DNA of 64,000 bases, taken from positions 32,001-96,000 of the forward strand of contig JAVRCV020000034.1 in assembly GCA_034530615.2 (NCBI GenBank), written 5' to 3'. The position numbers were made by a program, and so were the translations under genes. The notes under the pieces were generated by a model. It saw only the letters and a program-made list of their open reading frames with translations. It was not told the origin of the DNA and ran no database searches. This DNA comes from Aulosira sp. ZfuVER01 (lineage in GTDB: Bacteria > Cyanobacteriota > Cyanobacteriia > Cyanobacteriales > Nostocaceae). Below, one piece after another: positions 49,618 to 60,218 of this stretch (the first letter of the stretch is position 1; each line of letters begins with the position of its first letter).

Positions 49618-50346
49618 CTATCTCTTCAACACCAACACTTCATGCAGCATCACAGCTAAATCTTGCAATGCACGTTCGCCATCCCCCACAAACGTTGAAC
49701 CATGCATTGTTGCTAGTGTCCGTGGCTTGAGTGCTGCTAAATCTCGAAGAATGCGCTCTGTATGTGTTGTGTAGGGAATGTAATTAGGAAAGGGGCTAGC
49801 TTCATAATTGACAATTGTTTGACGCGATCGCTCAATGACATCAGACTCAGTTACTGGCTCTACATCTCCGAACTGATGACAAAGGTCAGAACACAGCAGT
49901 GTTTTATGGGTAGTTTCAAACAACAATCCTGCGTCCCAACCGTGGGGAACTTGTGGTGTATGCTGAAACTGAAAGCGATATTTCCCAGTGTTCAAGACTT
50001 CAGTATGTTCCAAAGTTTTCGATGGACGAATGGCAAAGTCATCTACACTGACAAAAGCTGCGATCGGGCTACAAACAGTCTGAGCATTTGGTGCAATAGT
50101 TAGCCATTCATTGAGCGCTCCACACTCGTCCGCTTCAAAATGACTAAAGCTAATCCAGCGCATCTGTGACGGATCAATAATCTTTGCTACTGCATCCCGT
50201 ACTAGTGGAAACATCCCTTTCAAACCAGTATGAAACAATAATGGTTCTTCGTCCTTAACCAAAAACTGAATAAATTGCATATCTATTTTTGGTTCATAGG
50301 TAGAGAGGCGATAGATATCCGGAGCAATTTCGGTAATGTTAGTCAT
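49618..50346 (-). CDS. Metallo-beta-lactamase fold protein (flavodiiron N-terminal/ODP-like)
   Basis: [27 protein letters not shown]. Confidence 0.8.
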   Translation of the reverse strand: MTNITEIAPDIYRLSTYEPKIDMQFIQFLVKDEEPLLFHTGLKGMFPLVRDAVAKIIDPSQMRWISFSHFEADECGALNEWLTIAPNAQTVCSPIAAFVSVDDFAIRPSKTLEHTEVLNTGKYRFQFQHTPQVPHGWDAGLLFETTHKTLLCSDLCHQFGDVEPVTESDVIERSRQTIVNYEASPFPNYIPYTTHTERILRDLAALKPRTLATMHGSTFVGDGERALQDLAVMLHEVLVLKR

Positions 50347-50452
50347 ACACAATTCAAAACTTTCTATTAAATTAGAAAAGCTAGATAATAAAAAGATTTC
50401 TGAAGAAAGTATCTGTTGCTGAATTTTGGCTAATTGATATTAGTCTTGCAAT

Positions 50453-50839
50453 TCATATAGGTAACAAAGAAACATGGGCAGAAACCACCTTCCATCCTTC
50501 AGAAAATCTGTACCAAGTTTGGCTTTGTCGTCCAAAACGCTCTACACCATTGATAATCCGGCGAAATTCTAGCGTTACAGTTGCTGTATCTTTGCCAAAC
50601 GTCACAACTTTGAGATTGAAAATTTCGCGCTCAATTGTTGGGTTCGGTCGAGAGGCACGAAAATTACGAATCTCTTCACTACCGTAGAGGTTTTCTGCTA
50701 AACCAAAGCGTACTACTTCTGATGCATCCCAAAATAGACTATCCATCACCTCTAGATTGTTATTGACTAAAGCTTCTTCGTACTTGAGGTACAAAGCAGT
50801 GACTTCATTCACAACAGTAGGGTCATTAACTATAGTCAT
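50453..50839 (-). CDS. AtzH/HpxZ-like (DUF3225) protein
   Basis: YEEALVNN, VRFGLAENLYG..EI..FR, GRQSQTW, WKVVSAHVS. Confidence 0.85.
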   Translation of the reverse strand: MTIVNDPTVVNEVTALYLKYEEALVNNNLEVMDSLFWDASEVVRFGLAENLYGSEEIRNFRASRPNPTIEREIFNLKVVTFGKDTATVTLEFRRIINGVERFGRQSQTWYRFSEGWKVVSAHVSLLPI

Positions 50840-51151
50840 TGTTATTATAAATTTGGGTGAGATAGCTGATTATGTCATTTTAATTAGTCATCCAAGTGTT
50901 GAAAAATCTCACAATAGTCTTGGTTGATTATTTGCAACAATTACAAATGACAAGTCTGGAAATATCCTCTGGAGAATGGGCAATAAAATCAGCGCCCTAA
51001 GTCTTCAATTCTTTCTTAGTTCTATAGCGATATCATACCAATTGCATTGTTGAGATTGAGTTATAAAACGAAGCCCGGTAAGCTGACTCATATACCGTAG
51101 TTTATCTGACTAGGAACTCAGCACAAATCTATCTCAGGAAGCAAGTAATTT

Positions 51152-51598
51152 ATGACTCAAAAAGCAGAAGTATATCGATTTATCCTCGCTTTTGTGGCTG
51201 GCTTTCTGGCAGTGCTGGTATTTCACCAAGGTTTACTCGCACTGCTACACGCCATTAACTTTACCCCGCGTCCAGCCTATCAAACTACACCCACACAGCC
51301 TTTTGGTATCCCGCAATTTCTCTCAAGTGCTTTTTGGGGAGGAATTTGGGGTTTAGTTTGGGCAGCGATCGCAGTACGCTGGCAAGTAAACAAAAATTAT
51401 TGGTTAGCAGCGCTGATTTTTGGTGCAGTTGCACCAACATTAATTGCCTGGTTTATTGTTGCACCATTAAAAGGTCTGCCTATAGCTGGCGGTTGGAAAC
51501 CAGCTGCTATGATTACAGGTTTATTGATTAACGGTGCTTGGGGATTGGGAACAGCTTTATTATTTAATTGGTTTGCCAGAAGACAAATATTGCAGTGA
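51152..51598 (+). CDS. Four-TM hypothetical membrane protein
   Basis: AGFLAVLVFHQ, PFGIPQ..S.AFWGG.WG, NGAWGLG. Confidence 0.75.
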   Translation: MTQKAEVYRFILAFVAGFLAVLVFHQGLLALLHAINFTPRPAYQTTPTQPFGIPQFLSSAFWGGIWGLVWAAIAVRWQVNKNYWLAALIFGAVAPTLIAWFIVAPLKGLPIAGGWKPAAMITGLLINGAWGLGTALLFNWFARRQILQ

Positions 51599-52194
51599 AG
51601 ACGACAATCAGACTAGCCAATGAAAAAGATGCATCCCCAATGCTGGCAATTTATGCACCGATTGTCCGCGAAACAACAATTTCTTTTGAATTAGAACCAC
51701 CTAGCGAAACTGAGTTTCAACAGCGGATCAAAAGCTATCAACAGCAGATGCCTTGGCTAGTTTGCGAAATCAATGGTGAGGTTGCAGGCTACGCTTATGC
51801 TAGCCCCCATCGTACCCGTGCTGCTTACCAATGGTCTGTAGAATCTTCCGTGTACGTCGGTAAGAATCATCGCCGAAAAGGAATTGCCAAAGCCTTGTAT
51901 ACTTCGCTGTTTAAGTTGCTGCAACTGCAAGGATTTTATAATGTGGTGGCTGCGATCGCTTTACCTAATCAACCCAGTGTAGCTGTACATGAGGCTGTTG
52001 GTTTTTTGCCTGTAGGTGTGTTTCATCGGGTTGGGTTTAAGTTTGGTAAGTGGCGTGATATAGGATATTGGCAGTTATCTCTAACTCATAGCAACAGTTA
52101 TACAGAACCGATAAACCCACCTATTTCTTTGCCAGAAATACAGAAATCGCCTCTGTGGGATGAAGCATTAACTAGTGGACTTTTGTTACTGTGA
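51595..52194 (+). CDS. GNAT N-acetyltransferase, phosphinothricin/arsinothricin type
   Basis: TISFELEPP, GYAYASPHRTRAAYQWSVESSVY, ALPNQPS..HEAVGF, GFKFGKWRD; GTGA overlap with upstream gene. Confidence 0.85.
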   Translation: MKTTIRLANEKDASPMLAIYAPIVRETTISFELEPPSETEFQQRIKSYQQQMPWLVCEINGEVAGYAYASPHRTRAAYQWSVESSVYVGKNHRRKGIAKALYTSLFKLLQLQGFYNVVAAIALPNQPSVAVHEAVGFLPVGVFHRVGFKFGKWRDIGYWQLSLTHSNSYTEPINPPISLPEIQKSPLWDEALTSGLLLL

Positions 52195-52315
52195 GTTTGA
52201 CTTTATACAGATAATAAAATCTCTAGTGTTTTATAGAATAGGTACTTGTCAATACTGACACCGTAAACAGCCAGTATAATATTGGACAGTCCATCTATTT
52301 ACCAGAAAGACTAAA

Positions 52316-55300
52316 ATGCGACAGTCCACTCCAGGTTCTCAACAAAACCTTGCTCAAAAAATTGCAAAGTGGAAAGCTGGACTGGCTGACTTGGGAAAAC
52401 GAAATCCTCTCATCAAGTTTCGGCAAGATAGCCCTCGAATTTTAGAAATTCTCACAGAAGAACCAGATGTTCTCTTCAACAGCCTTATAGAAGAGAAAAA
52501 ATCGCTGCGTTTTAGAATCGTTGATAGCGAATATCAAGATGTTATTCAGTCGAGAAAAACTAAAGCATTACCAGCAGAAAAAAATCCTCTTGAATTAATT
52601 ACTCGTCAAATAGGTAACGAGCAACTAAAACGGCTGAATAAATTGCGTCTTGAGGCGCGACGCTCATTTGAAGAACGAGGTGTAAACAGCTTATTTCTGG
52701 TGCTTGGAACATTGACTTGGTATGACAAAGATAAACCAGAGGATGCTTTGCTCTCACCATTGATTTTAGTTCCTGTAGAGTTAATTAAGGAACCTAGAAG
52801 AGATGCTTATAAAATATCTGTATTAGATGAAGATGTTGTATTGAATCCAACATTGGTACAAAAGTTAAAGCAAACTTTCGGGATTGAGTTTCCAGATGGA
52901 GAAGCTATACAAACACTAACTTATAACGAAATTATTGCTGAGATAAGGAAGCTATTAGCAGAACAAAAGACATGGCAAATTAAAGAGAATGTATTTCTTT
53001 CTCTATTTTCCTATGCAAAGGCTGCAATGGTTCGGGACATTATCGAAAATGAAGCTCGAATTTTTGCTCACCCAATTTTACAAGCAATTAGTGGCGATTT
53101 AACTAACTATCAGTCTAACTATAGAGAACCCCTACCTGCATCTGCTCTAGATTCACAAGTTAAACCTGAACGAATATTTCAAATTCTTGATGCTGACTCC
53201 AGCCAACAAGTCGTAATTGAAGCAGCAAAAGCTGGTTCAAGCTTCGTGGTTCAAGGGCCACCAGGAACGGGAAAAAGTCAAACTATTGTCAATATAATTG
53301 CGGAACTGATTGGCAATGGTAAATCAGTTTTATTAGTTGCAGAAAAAGAGACAGCGTTGAGTGTGGTTTATCAACGTATGGCTGAATGTGGTTTAGATCA
53401 TGTCTGTCTTAATATTCACCACAGCGGTACAGATAAGCGAGAACTGATCAATAATTTATCAAAAACTATTGAATATATTAAACAAATTTATGTTGAAGAA
53501 AACAATCACCTTTTATTTGAGAGGCTGGTTTCTACTCGTCAATTACTAAATTTATATCTTACTAGCTTACATACTAAAGAAAAGCCTTTAGAAAAATCAC
53601 TTTTTGAGCTATTTGGTGAGCTTTTGCAAAAAGAACGTGAAGCAGTTTCCAGTATCAATGTCATATTTTCCAACTTCAGTCAATGGAATTATAGTAGATT
53701 ACAGGAAGCAAAAGCTTTGTTAAATCAATTAGCGCAATTCCTCCCTTTCTTCAAGAGAGAAAAAACAACTATTTGGGCAAAAAGCTCTCTAGATGTTTAT
53801 TCTTATGAGCTTGAATTACAAATTAGAGAAAAAATACAAGAATTTCAGCAAGCTATTTTTTCAGCCAAAAAAATTAATCAAGAATTGCAAGAAACTCTAA
53901 AAATTCAAAGTTTGTTGAATTTAGAGTGTCTAGAAAAGTTTTATACTACCCTAGAACACATACAAAAAGCTCCATTAAATTTACCAGAAAACTGGACTAA
54001 AGTTGATATATCGATTTCTCAAAATGCTTTTAATATTCTGCAAATAGACGTTCAAGAAATCGAAAGAAATCAGCTTTCGTCAGAAGCACAAAACTTACTG
54101 GGTCGGCTTGCTTCATTTCTACCTTTTTTAAGAGGAGAAAAAACAACTATTTGGGCGCAAAGTACTTTGAAATCTTGTTCGGAGACGTTGGAGTTAGAAA
54201 TCAATCATAAAATCAATAAATTTCAACAAGCAATTTCTTTGATTCAGAGAGCTAATCAACATATCTTATCAATTATTAGGAATCAATCTTTGTTGAATTT
54301 GGCAAATTTAGTAGACTGCTTTCCTGTACTTCAACATATACTGAAAGCTCCAGATAATTTACCTAATAATTGGGCTGAATGGAATATTGCAAATATTCAG
54401 GAGAATTTTAGGAAGTTACAAAGCGATGTTAAATACCTGGAAGAAAATGAGCCACTTCTAAAACAAAAATATCGTCCTGAGTTGTTTTCCTCAGAATTAC
54501 CTGCTTTAGCTAATCGATATCAGAAATATAGTCGCTTTTGGTTAATTAGAATTTTTAATCCCAGATATAGACGCGATATTAAGCTTTTGAAGAAACTAAG
54601 CCTTAAAGAAGGACAGATTTCTCACAACGAATTAAAACGTGATTTGTTACAAGCCGTTCAAATACAAGCCGCACGAAATGAGCTATATCAAAGCAATTAC
54701 CCAGCCTGCCAGGTTTTTGGCTCTTTATTTAACCCAAAAGTTTCTAGTGAAGCAGAATTAAAAGGAATTGAACAAGCCTTAAGTTGGTTTACTGGCTTAC
54801 AAAAGTATTCACTTTCTGCTGAGTCAGTCCAAAACATTCTCAATTCTCCTTCTAAGCGAGGCGAACTAGCTGAAATAGTTAAACAACTTGAATTACTGAC
54901 TGAAGATATTAAGGAGGGTATGAATTTCTTATTCTCATACTTTAATGAGAATGATATTACTGGACAATATGTGCCCCCCAATCAAATTTTATTTACTGAA
55001 ATAGCAAATTTTTTAAACATAGCTCAATCCAATTTATCCGACTTCCGTAAATGGTTGACATATAAAGAAATATATGAGCAATTAGAAATTTTAGGAGTTC
55101 ACGATTTCTTAAATGCTTTGCGAGATAACAAACCTAATCCTATTTTGGCTGTGCGCAATAGGCTACGTCATATGGACTACCAGCCTCGCCAGGTTTTTGG
55201 CTCTTTATTCAATCCAGAAGTTTCTAGTGAAGCAGAGTTAAAAGAAATTGAACAAGCTTTAAATTGGTTGATTGGCTTACAAAAGTATTCACTTCCTGCT

Positions 55301-57244
55301 GATTCCGTTCAGCGCGTTATAAGTTCTCCTGCTAAACGGCGCGAACTTGCTGAATTAGTTAAGAAATATGAGTCAGTTTATCACAGTATTAAACAAGGAT
55401 TAGATTTCTTATTATTGCACTTTAATGAAAGTGACATTACAGATTCTTACCTACCTCGTCATCAAATTAATTTTGTTGAACTAGAAACATTCTTAAACTT
55501 GGCTCAATCTGAACTACCTTATTTTCAAGAATGGCTGACTTATAAAGAAACCTACCAAAAACTCGAGAATCTTGGTAACAATAAATTCTTGGATACTTTG
55601 CGTGACAACCAGATTGAGCCAGAGAAGTGGTTTCCAGTTCTTGAAAAACGAATTTATCAAATATGCCTTGATGCTATTCTTGCCAGAAAACCTGAGTTAA
55701 AAAATTTTAACTTTGAAGTACACGAACGACAAATCAAGGAGTTTTCTCAACTCGATTATAATCAACTAGATACTGCTAGAGAGCATCTAAAACAACTTCA
55801 TGTACAACGCTGGCAAAACTGGGAAAAGACTTCACTGGCTGAAGCTGAATTGCCAAATTTGAAAAGAGAAACGAATAAGAGAAGCCGACATTTGCCCATC
55901 CGTAAACTCCTCAACGATACACAAAAGGGGATGCCAAATTTAGTCAAAGCTTTAAAGCCTTGCTGGATGATGAGTCCGCTTTCAGTTAGCCAATACATTA
56001 ATGCAGATGTAGTTCATTTTGATGTTCTCATTTTTGATGAAGCATCTCAGCTTCGGACTGAAGATGTTGTGCCTTCGATTATCCGTTCTAATCAAGTTAT
56101 TGTAATTGGCGATAAACAACAGCTTCCTCCGACTTCATTCTTTTCAACCGGAGACAGCGAAGAAGATAATAATGATGAGGATGATGCAAGCTATGAAAGC
56201 GTTTTAGATGAATGTTCAAATTTTATGTTTGGGCGAACGCTGAAATGGCATTATCGCAGTCAAGATGAGCGTTTAATAGCTTTTTCTAATAAGTATTTTT
56301 ATGACTCTCAATTAGTTACATTTCCAAACCCAATTCAGAATCAGGATTTGGGGGTATGGTTCCGACACGTTCCTGATGGTGTATACGATCGCGGTGGACG
56401 CAGAGATAATAGACGTGAAGCACAAGTAGTTGCTCAGTTAGCCTTAGAACATTTTCAACGGTTTCCTGAACAATCACTTGGTATTATTGCGTTTAGCGAA
56501 GCTCAAGCCGATGCGATTCAGCAGCAAATTGAGATTTTAGGCAAAGAAAATCCGGAATTGGAGATATTTTGCAGCGATAACTCACCGCAGTTTTTTCTCA
56601 AAGCACTGGAAAACGTTCAGGGTGATGAGCGAGATGCAATTATACTCAGCGTAGGCTATGCTCGTGACGATCAAGGTAAGCTTTCTCTTAACTTTGGCCC
56701 TTTAAATCGCCAAGGTGGAGAAAGACGGCTCAATGTAGCTGTAACGCGGGCAAAAAGTAAAATTACTCTGGTTTCTTCCATATTAGCTGGTGATATTGAT
56801 GTAACACGTTCCCAAAGCAAAGGTGTACAAGCACTGCGTAATTACTTGGAATATGCAGCGAGTGGTGGAGAAAGACTGCAAGGAAACTTTTACACAGATA
56901 CGCTTCAGTTTGACTCGCCATTTGAAGAAGATGTCTACCATGCTTTAGTCCAACAGGGATACACTATCCGCACTCAAGTTGGATGCTCAGGATATCGGAT
57001 TGACCTAGCTGTGGTTAATAATAAGCACCCAGGAGAGTTTTTGCTGGGGATTGAGTGTGATGGTGCATCTTACCATAGTTCCCCCACTGCCAGAGATCGC
57101 GATCGCCTCAGACAACAGGTGTTGGAAAGGCTAGGTTGGAAAATTCATCGGATTTGGTCAACAGACTGGTTTCGTAATAAACCTGTTCAAGTTCGTCTAC
57201 TGATAGAAAGAATCAAACAAGTACAACAATTAAAAAATTTGTAA
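52316..57244 (+). CDS. DUF4011 superfamily-1 helicase with C-terminal Vsr/MTES_1575-like nuclease
   Basis: L.DLGKRNPL, DADSSQ, QGPPGTGKSQTI, FDEASQ, GDKQQLPPT, WHYRS, ENVQGDERD, RRLNVAVTRA, SPFEE..IDL..IECDG..YH. Confidence 0.92.
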   Translation: MRQSTPGSQQNLAQKIAKWKAGLADLGKRNPLIKFRQDSPRILEILTEEPDVLFNSLIEEKKSLRFRIVDSEYQDVIQSRKTKALPAEKNPLELITRQIGNEQLKRLNKLRLEARRSFEERGVNSLFLVLGTLTWYDKDKPEDALLSPLILVPVELIKEPRRDAYKISVLDEDVVLNPTLVQKLKQTFGIEFPDGEAIQTLTYNEIIAEIRKLLAEQKTWQIKENVFLSLFSYAKAAMVRDIIENEARIFAHPILQAISGDLTNYQSNYREPLPASALDSQVKPERIFQILDADSSQQVVIEAAKAGSSFVVQGPPGTGKSQTIVNIIAELIGNGKSVLLVAEKETALSVVYQRMAECGLDHVCLNIHHSGTDKRELINNLSKTIEYIKQIYVEENNHLLFERLVSTRQLLNLYLTSLHTKEKPLEKSLFELFGELLQKEREAVSSINVIFSNFSQWNYSRLQEAKALLNQLAQFLPFFKREKTTIWAKSSLDVYSYELELQIREKIQEFQQAIFSAKKINQELQETLKIQSLLNLECLEKFYTTLEHIQKAPLNLPENWTKVDISISQNAFNILQIDVQEIERNQLSSEAQNLLGRLASFLPFLRGEKTTIWAQSTLKSCSETLELEINHKINKFQQAISLIQRANQHILSIIRNQSLLNLANLVDCFPVLQHILKAPDNLPNNWAEWNIANIQENFRKLQSDVKYLEENEPLLKQKYRPELFSSELPALANRYQKYSRFWLIRIFNPRYRRDIKLLKKLSLKEGQISHNELKRDLLQAVQIQAARNELYQSNYPACQVFGSLFNPKVSSEAELKGIEQALSWFTGLQKYSLSAESVQNILNSPSKRGELAEIVKQLELLTEDIKEGMNFLFSYFNENDITGQYVPPNQILFTEIANFLNIAQSNLSDFRKWLTYKEIYEQLEILGVHDFLNALRDNKPNPILAVRNRLRHMDYQPRQVFGSLFNPEVSSEAELKEIEQALNWLIGLQKYSLPADSVQRVISSPAKRRELAELVKKYESVYHSIKQGLDFLLLHFNESDITDSYLPRHQINFVELETFLNLAQSELPYFQEWLTYKETYQKLENLGNNKFLDTLRDNQIEPEKWFPVLEKRIYQICLDAILARKPELKNFNFEVHERQIKEFSQLDYNQLDTAREHLKQLHVQRWQNWEKTSLAEAELPNLKRETNKRSRHLPIRKLLNDTQKGMPNLVKALKPCWMMSPLSVSQYINADVVHFDVLIFDEASQLRTEDVVPSIIRSNQVIVIGDKQQLPPTSFFSTGDSEEDNNDEDDASYESVLDECSNFMFGRTLKWHYRSQDERLIAFSNKYFYDSQLVTFPNPIQNQDLGVWFRHVPDGVYDRGGRRDNRREAQVVAQLALEHFQRFPEQSLGIIAFSEAQADAIQQQIEILGKENPELEIFCSDNSPQFFLKALENVQGDERDAIILSVGYARDDQGKLSLNFGPLNRQGGERRLNVAVTRAKSKITLVSSILAGDIDVTRSQSKGVQALRNYLEYAASGGERLQGNFYTDTLQFDSPFEEDVYHALVQQGYTIRTQVGCSGYRIDLAVVNNKHPGEFLLGIECDGASYHSSPTARDRDRLRQQVLERLGWKIHRIWSTDWFRNKPVQVRLLIERIKQVQQLKNL

Positions 57245-57279
57245 AGAAAATTGTAGGGAGTAAGAAGCGCGTCTATTTT

Positions 57280-57864
57280 TTAAGCCGAACTTCCGCTTTC
57301 TCCAGTCATGACAGCAGCTGTAATTAAATGAGCTAACCGTAAAGCTTCTGGTACTTTGCCACAGTCAGTTAAGCATTGCAGCACCTTGGCTACTACAGCA
57401 GGTTCTTCACCGCTAACTTGAAAGAAAAAGGGTGAATAATCATAAATCGGGCCTGCTTGCTGCAAAAGTTTCTGTCGTTGCGGGAAATCTGGCAAATTAC
57501 TCATTGCTTCTGCAACAGCAGCTAAATCGGGTTGGCGGCGCATCAGGGTGACACAGGGTAATTGCAGGCGCAAGGCTAATTCTGGAAGATTGATAACATT
57601 AAACCCACCAAACCCAATTCCATCTAAGAGCAAGATATGTAGTTGTGGTAAAAACTTCCTCCCTATCAACAACTTGCAGATGACTTCTGTTGCATCGAAA
57701 CCATCTTGTTGGATTTTTCCCCACACCATACCTTCAAATCGAGTTCCTGCACACACCACTCCGGCTATAGATACATTTTCATCAACACCCCGATTGAAAG
57801 GAGCATCATCGAAGCCAATAACGCGAATAGTACGATTGAGTTTCAGTAGAGATTCGAGCTTCAT
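57280..57864 (-). CDS. DUF99 family (endonuclease V-like) protein
   Basis: IGFDDAPF, LLDGIGFGGFNV, VPEALRLAHLI. Confidence 0.85.
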   Translation of the reverse strand: MKLESLLKLNRTIRVIGFDDAPFNRGVDENVSIAGVVCAGTRFEGMVWGKIQQDGFDATEVICKLLIGRKFLPQLHILLLDGIGFGGFNVINLPELALRLQLPCVTLMRRQPDLAAVAEAMSNLPDFPQRQKLLQQAGPIYDYSPFFFQVSGEEPAVVAKVLQCLTDCGKVPEALRLAHLITAAVMTGESGSSA

Positions 57865-57902
57865 TAAGCTGTTGTTTGCTGGCTTATCTAACTTGTTATG
57901 GA

Positions 57903-58676
57903 TTAAGGCATCGTACCAAAAACTTCATTACATTCCGTTGCAACGCGCTGGTGAGACTGCATTAACTGCGCTGCGGAGCGATCGATTCCCATACCATAAC
58001 GCCATTCCCCATTGAGATATAACCAGGTTGGCACCTGACGCACAAGATCGCGATCGCCTTCAAAATCAATTTTCCCTTGCTTGAGAGCAGAATTTAGATG
58101 AGTAAAGCCCATCCAGACATGAGTAAAAGCACTCAGATCGGCTGATACTAAGACATCGACTTTAAAACCTGGATCTTTTTGGCAGACATCCACCTCTCTC
58201 TCCTCAATTACCAACCACCAACTACGCTGGGTTTTGCGCCCTTTGGTTAATCCACGAAAGTTAAACTGAAGCACAATTTTTTGTGCTGGTACAGCCTCAA
58301 CATTGATTCGCCGCCGCATACCCCACATCAACAAGGCATCATCCAAGTCTTCTGGGGCAATTTGTTCGCTTCCCCATTGTTGTGCCCAAACCCCCATCGC
58401 TTCAATAATGGGTCGCAGGGCTTCTCCGGCGGGTGTGAGTATATACTCGTATCCTTGACCTGTCTCTTTTTCATGGCTAACTACAACCCCCAATTTCTCA
58501 AGTTCTTTGAGTCGTTGAACTAGGAGGGCACGAGACATTAATGGTACGCCTCGGCTAATGTCATTAAAGTAACGATTGCCATACAGCATTTCTCGCAACA
58601 CCAAAGGATTCCAGCGCTCGGCAAGTACTTCGGCAGCCTTTGCCACCGGGCAGAATTGACCATATCCCTTTTTCAT
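57903..58676 (-). CDS. HxlR-family winged-helix regulator with SCP2-like C-terminus
   Basis: YGQFCPVAKAAEVLAERW, RLKELE, Y.LTPAGEAL; start ATG 58676. Confidence 0.87.
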   Translation of the reverse strand: MKKGYGQFCPVAKAAEVLAERWNPLVLREMLYGNRYFNDISRGVPLMSRALLVQRLKELEKLGVVVSHEKETGQGYEYILTPAGEALRPIIEAMGVWAQQWGSEQIAPEDLDDALLMWGMRRRINVEAVPAQKIVLQFNFRGLTKGRKTQRSWWLVIEEREVDVCQKDPGFKVDVLVSADLSAFTHVWMGFTHLNSALKQGKIDFEGDRDLVRQVPTWLYLNGEWRYGMGIDRSAAQLMQSHQRVATECNEVFGTMP

Positions 58677-58703
58677 AGCGCATTTCGGAAGATAACAAGA
58701 CAG

Positions 58704-58718
58704 GTTCAGATATTGAAC
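58704..58718. promoter_or_regulatory. Candidate operator palindrome GTTCA-N5-TGAAC
   Basis: Lies between the divergent regulator and dehydrogenase genes. Confidence 0.5.
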
Positions 58719-58780
58719 TTGTAGCACCCTATTAAACAAATCAGAATGAAAGTATCACAAGACTTAAAGGAAATATTTTT

Positions 58781-59932
58781 ATGTCTGAACTACACACTAT
58801 CCCTACGATGGAGCCGCAAGCTGTCGATTGGTTATCCTTGGCAGAGTCTTTAGGAAAACAATTTGCAGCCAGAGATACTGAAGCAGATGAGTCTGACTTA
58901 TTTGTTGCTGATAACATTGCCAGATTGAAAACAACTGGATTAATTGCTGCGGGTGTTCCAATTGAATTGGGTGGTGGCGGAGCCAGCTATACAGATCTTT
59001 GCGCCGTGCTGCGGATTTTAGGTCGCTATTCCAGTTCAACAGCACTTGCTTTTTCAATGCATACTCATCAGGTGATGGTACCAACCTGGCGATGGCATCA
59101 TCAAAATGCTCCAGTTGAGGGATTGCTTAAGCGGGTGGCGACTGAGCAACTTGTACTTCTCAGCAGTGGCGGATCGGATTGGTTACAGAGCAGCGGCTCG
59201 GCTATCAAAGTAGAAAATGGATTTGTGATTACAGCTCGCAAAGTATTTGCTAGTGGTGCGCCTGCTGCGAATTTATTAATGACCAGTGCTGTTTATAAAG
59301 ACCCAGAAAGAGGTTCTACAGTCTTACATTTTGCGGTTCCTATGAATAGTCAGGGCGTTTCTATTGAGTCAACTTGGCAAGCAATGGGAATGCGGGGAAC
59401 AGGTTCTCATGATGTTGTCCTCACCGATGTTTTTGTTCCGGATGCTGCCGTGACTTTGCGACGAGAGCAAGGCAAGTGGCATTTTATTTTCCATCTCATC
59501 TCGATGATCGCCATTCCGTTAGTTTATTCGGTTTATGTGGGAGTTGCCGAAGCGGCGCGCGATCGCGCGGTTCAACTGGCAAGAAAACGCTACACGGATG
59601 AACATCTCTGCTATATGGTGGGAGGTTTAGACAACGAATTAACGGCGGCAAAATTAGCACTTGAACACATGATTTCTACTGCTGTGGTGAGCCAACCTAG
59701 CTTTGAGATTACGAACCAAATCATGACAGGACGGGCACTAGTTGCCAAAGCCGTGCTAAATGTCGCTGATTTAGCAATGGAAATTGCCGGGGGAAGTGCG
59801 TTCTACCGCAAACTGGGTCTGGAGAAATTGTTCCGTGATGTGCAAGGTGCCCGCTATCATCCTCTGCGGGAGGAAGCGCAGCGTAAGTTATCGGGGCAAC
59901 TGGCGCTTGGGTTAGATATGTCTTCTTTATAG
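58781..59932 (+). CDS. Acyl-CoA dehydrogenase family flavoprotein
   Basis: VPIELGGGG, RKVFASG, WQAMGMRGTGSHDV, LEKLFRDV. Confidence 0.87.
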   Translation: MSELHTIPTMEPQAVDWLSLAESLGKQFAARDTEADESDLFVADNIARLKTTGLIAAGVPIELGGGGASYTDLCAVLRILGRYSSSTALAFSMHTHQVMVPTWRWHHQNAPVEGLLKRVATEQLVLLSSGGSDWLQSSGSAIKVENGFVITARKVFASGAPAANLLMTSAVYKDPERGSTVLHFAVPMNSQGVSIESTWQAMGMRGTGSHDVVLTDVFVPDAAVTLRREQGKWHFIFHLISMIAIPLVYSVYVGVAEAARDRAVQLARKRYTDEHLCYMVGGLDNELTAAKLALEHMISTAVVSQPSFEITNQIMTGRALVAKAVLNVADLAMEIAGGSAFYRKLGLEKLFRDVQGARYHPLREEAQRKLSGQLALGLDMSSL

Positions 59933-60218
59933 AGTTCTTTCTTTCATCTAGAGCCATCGCTCAGTTTTGGTGCGAGCAAACAAAGGAGCGATCGCTCATT
60001 TACTGCCAACTTTCTCAGCTACTCATAGACTAATAGTTCAACTTATTTTTGCGTGGCTTCTAGGGGAATTCCGGCTGTTCTGTTTTCTCAGTAATCTTAC
60101 TGAATTAAAAATTAGTTTTTAAAAAATAAAAAAATAGTTTAGTAATTATACGATGTTTTTATCTGAGGATGGTTGTACTTTTAGAGGTGCAACAGATTGA
60201 TGGAAGAAGATTTGATTT

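Noticed and set aside
57280..57864. DUF99 nuclease as partner of the DUF4011 helicase
   Set aside because: Convergent orientation and co-orientation with the HxlR gene; no evidence of linkage
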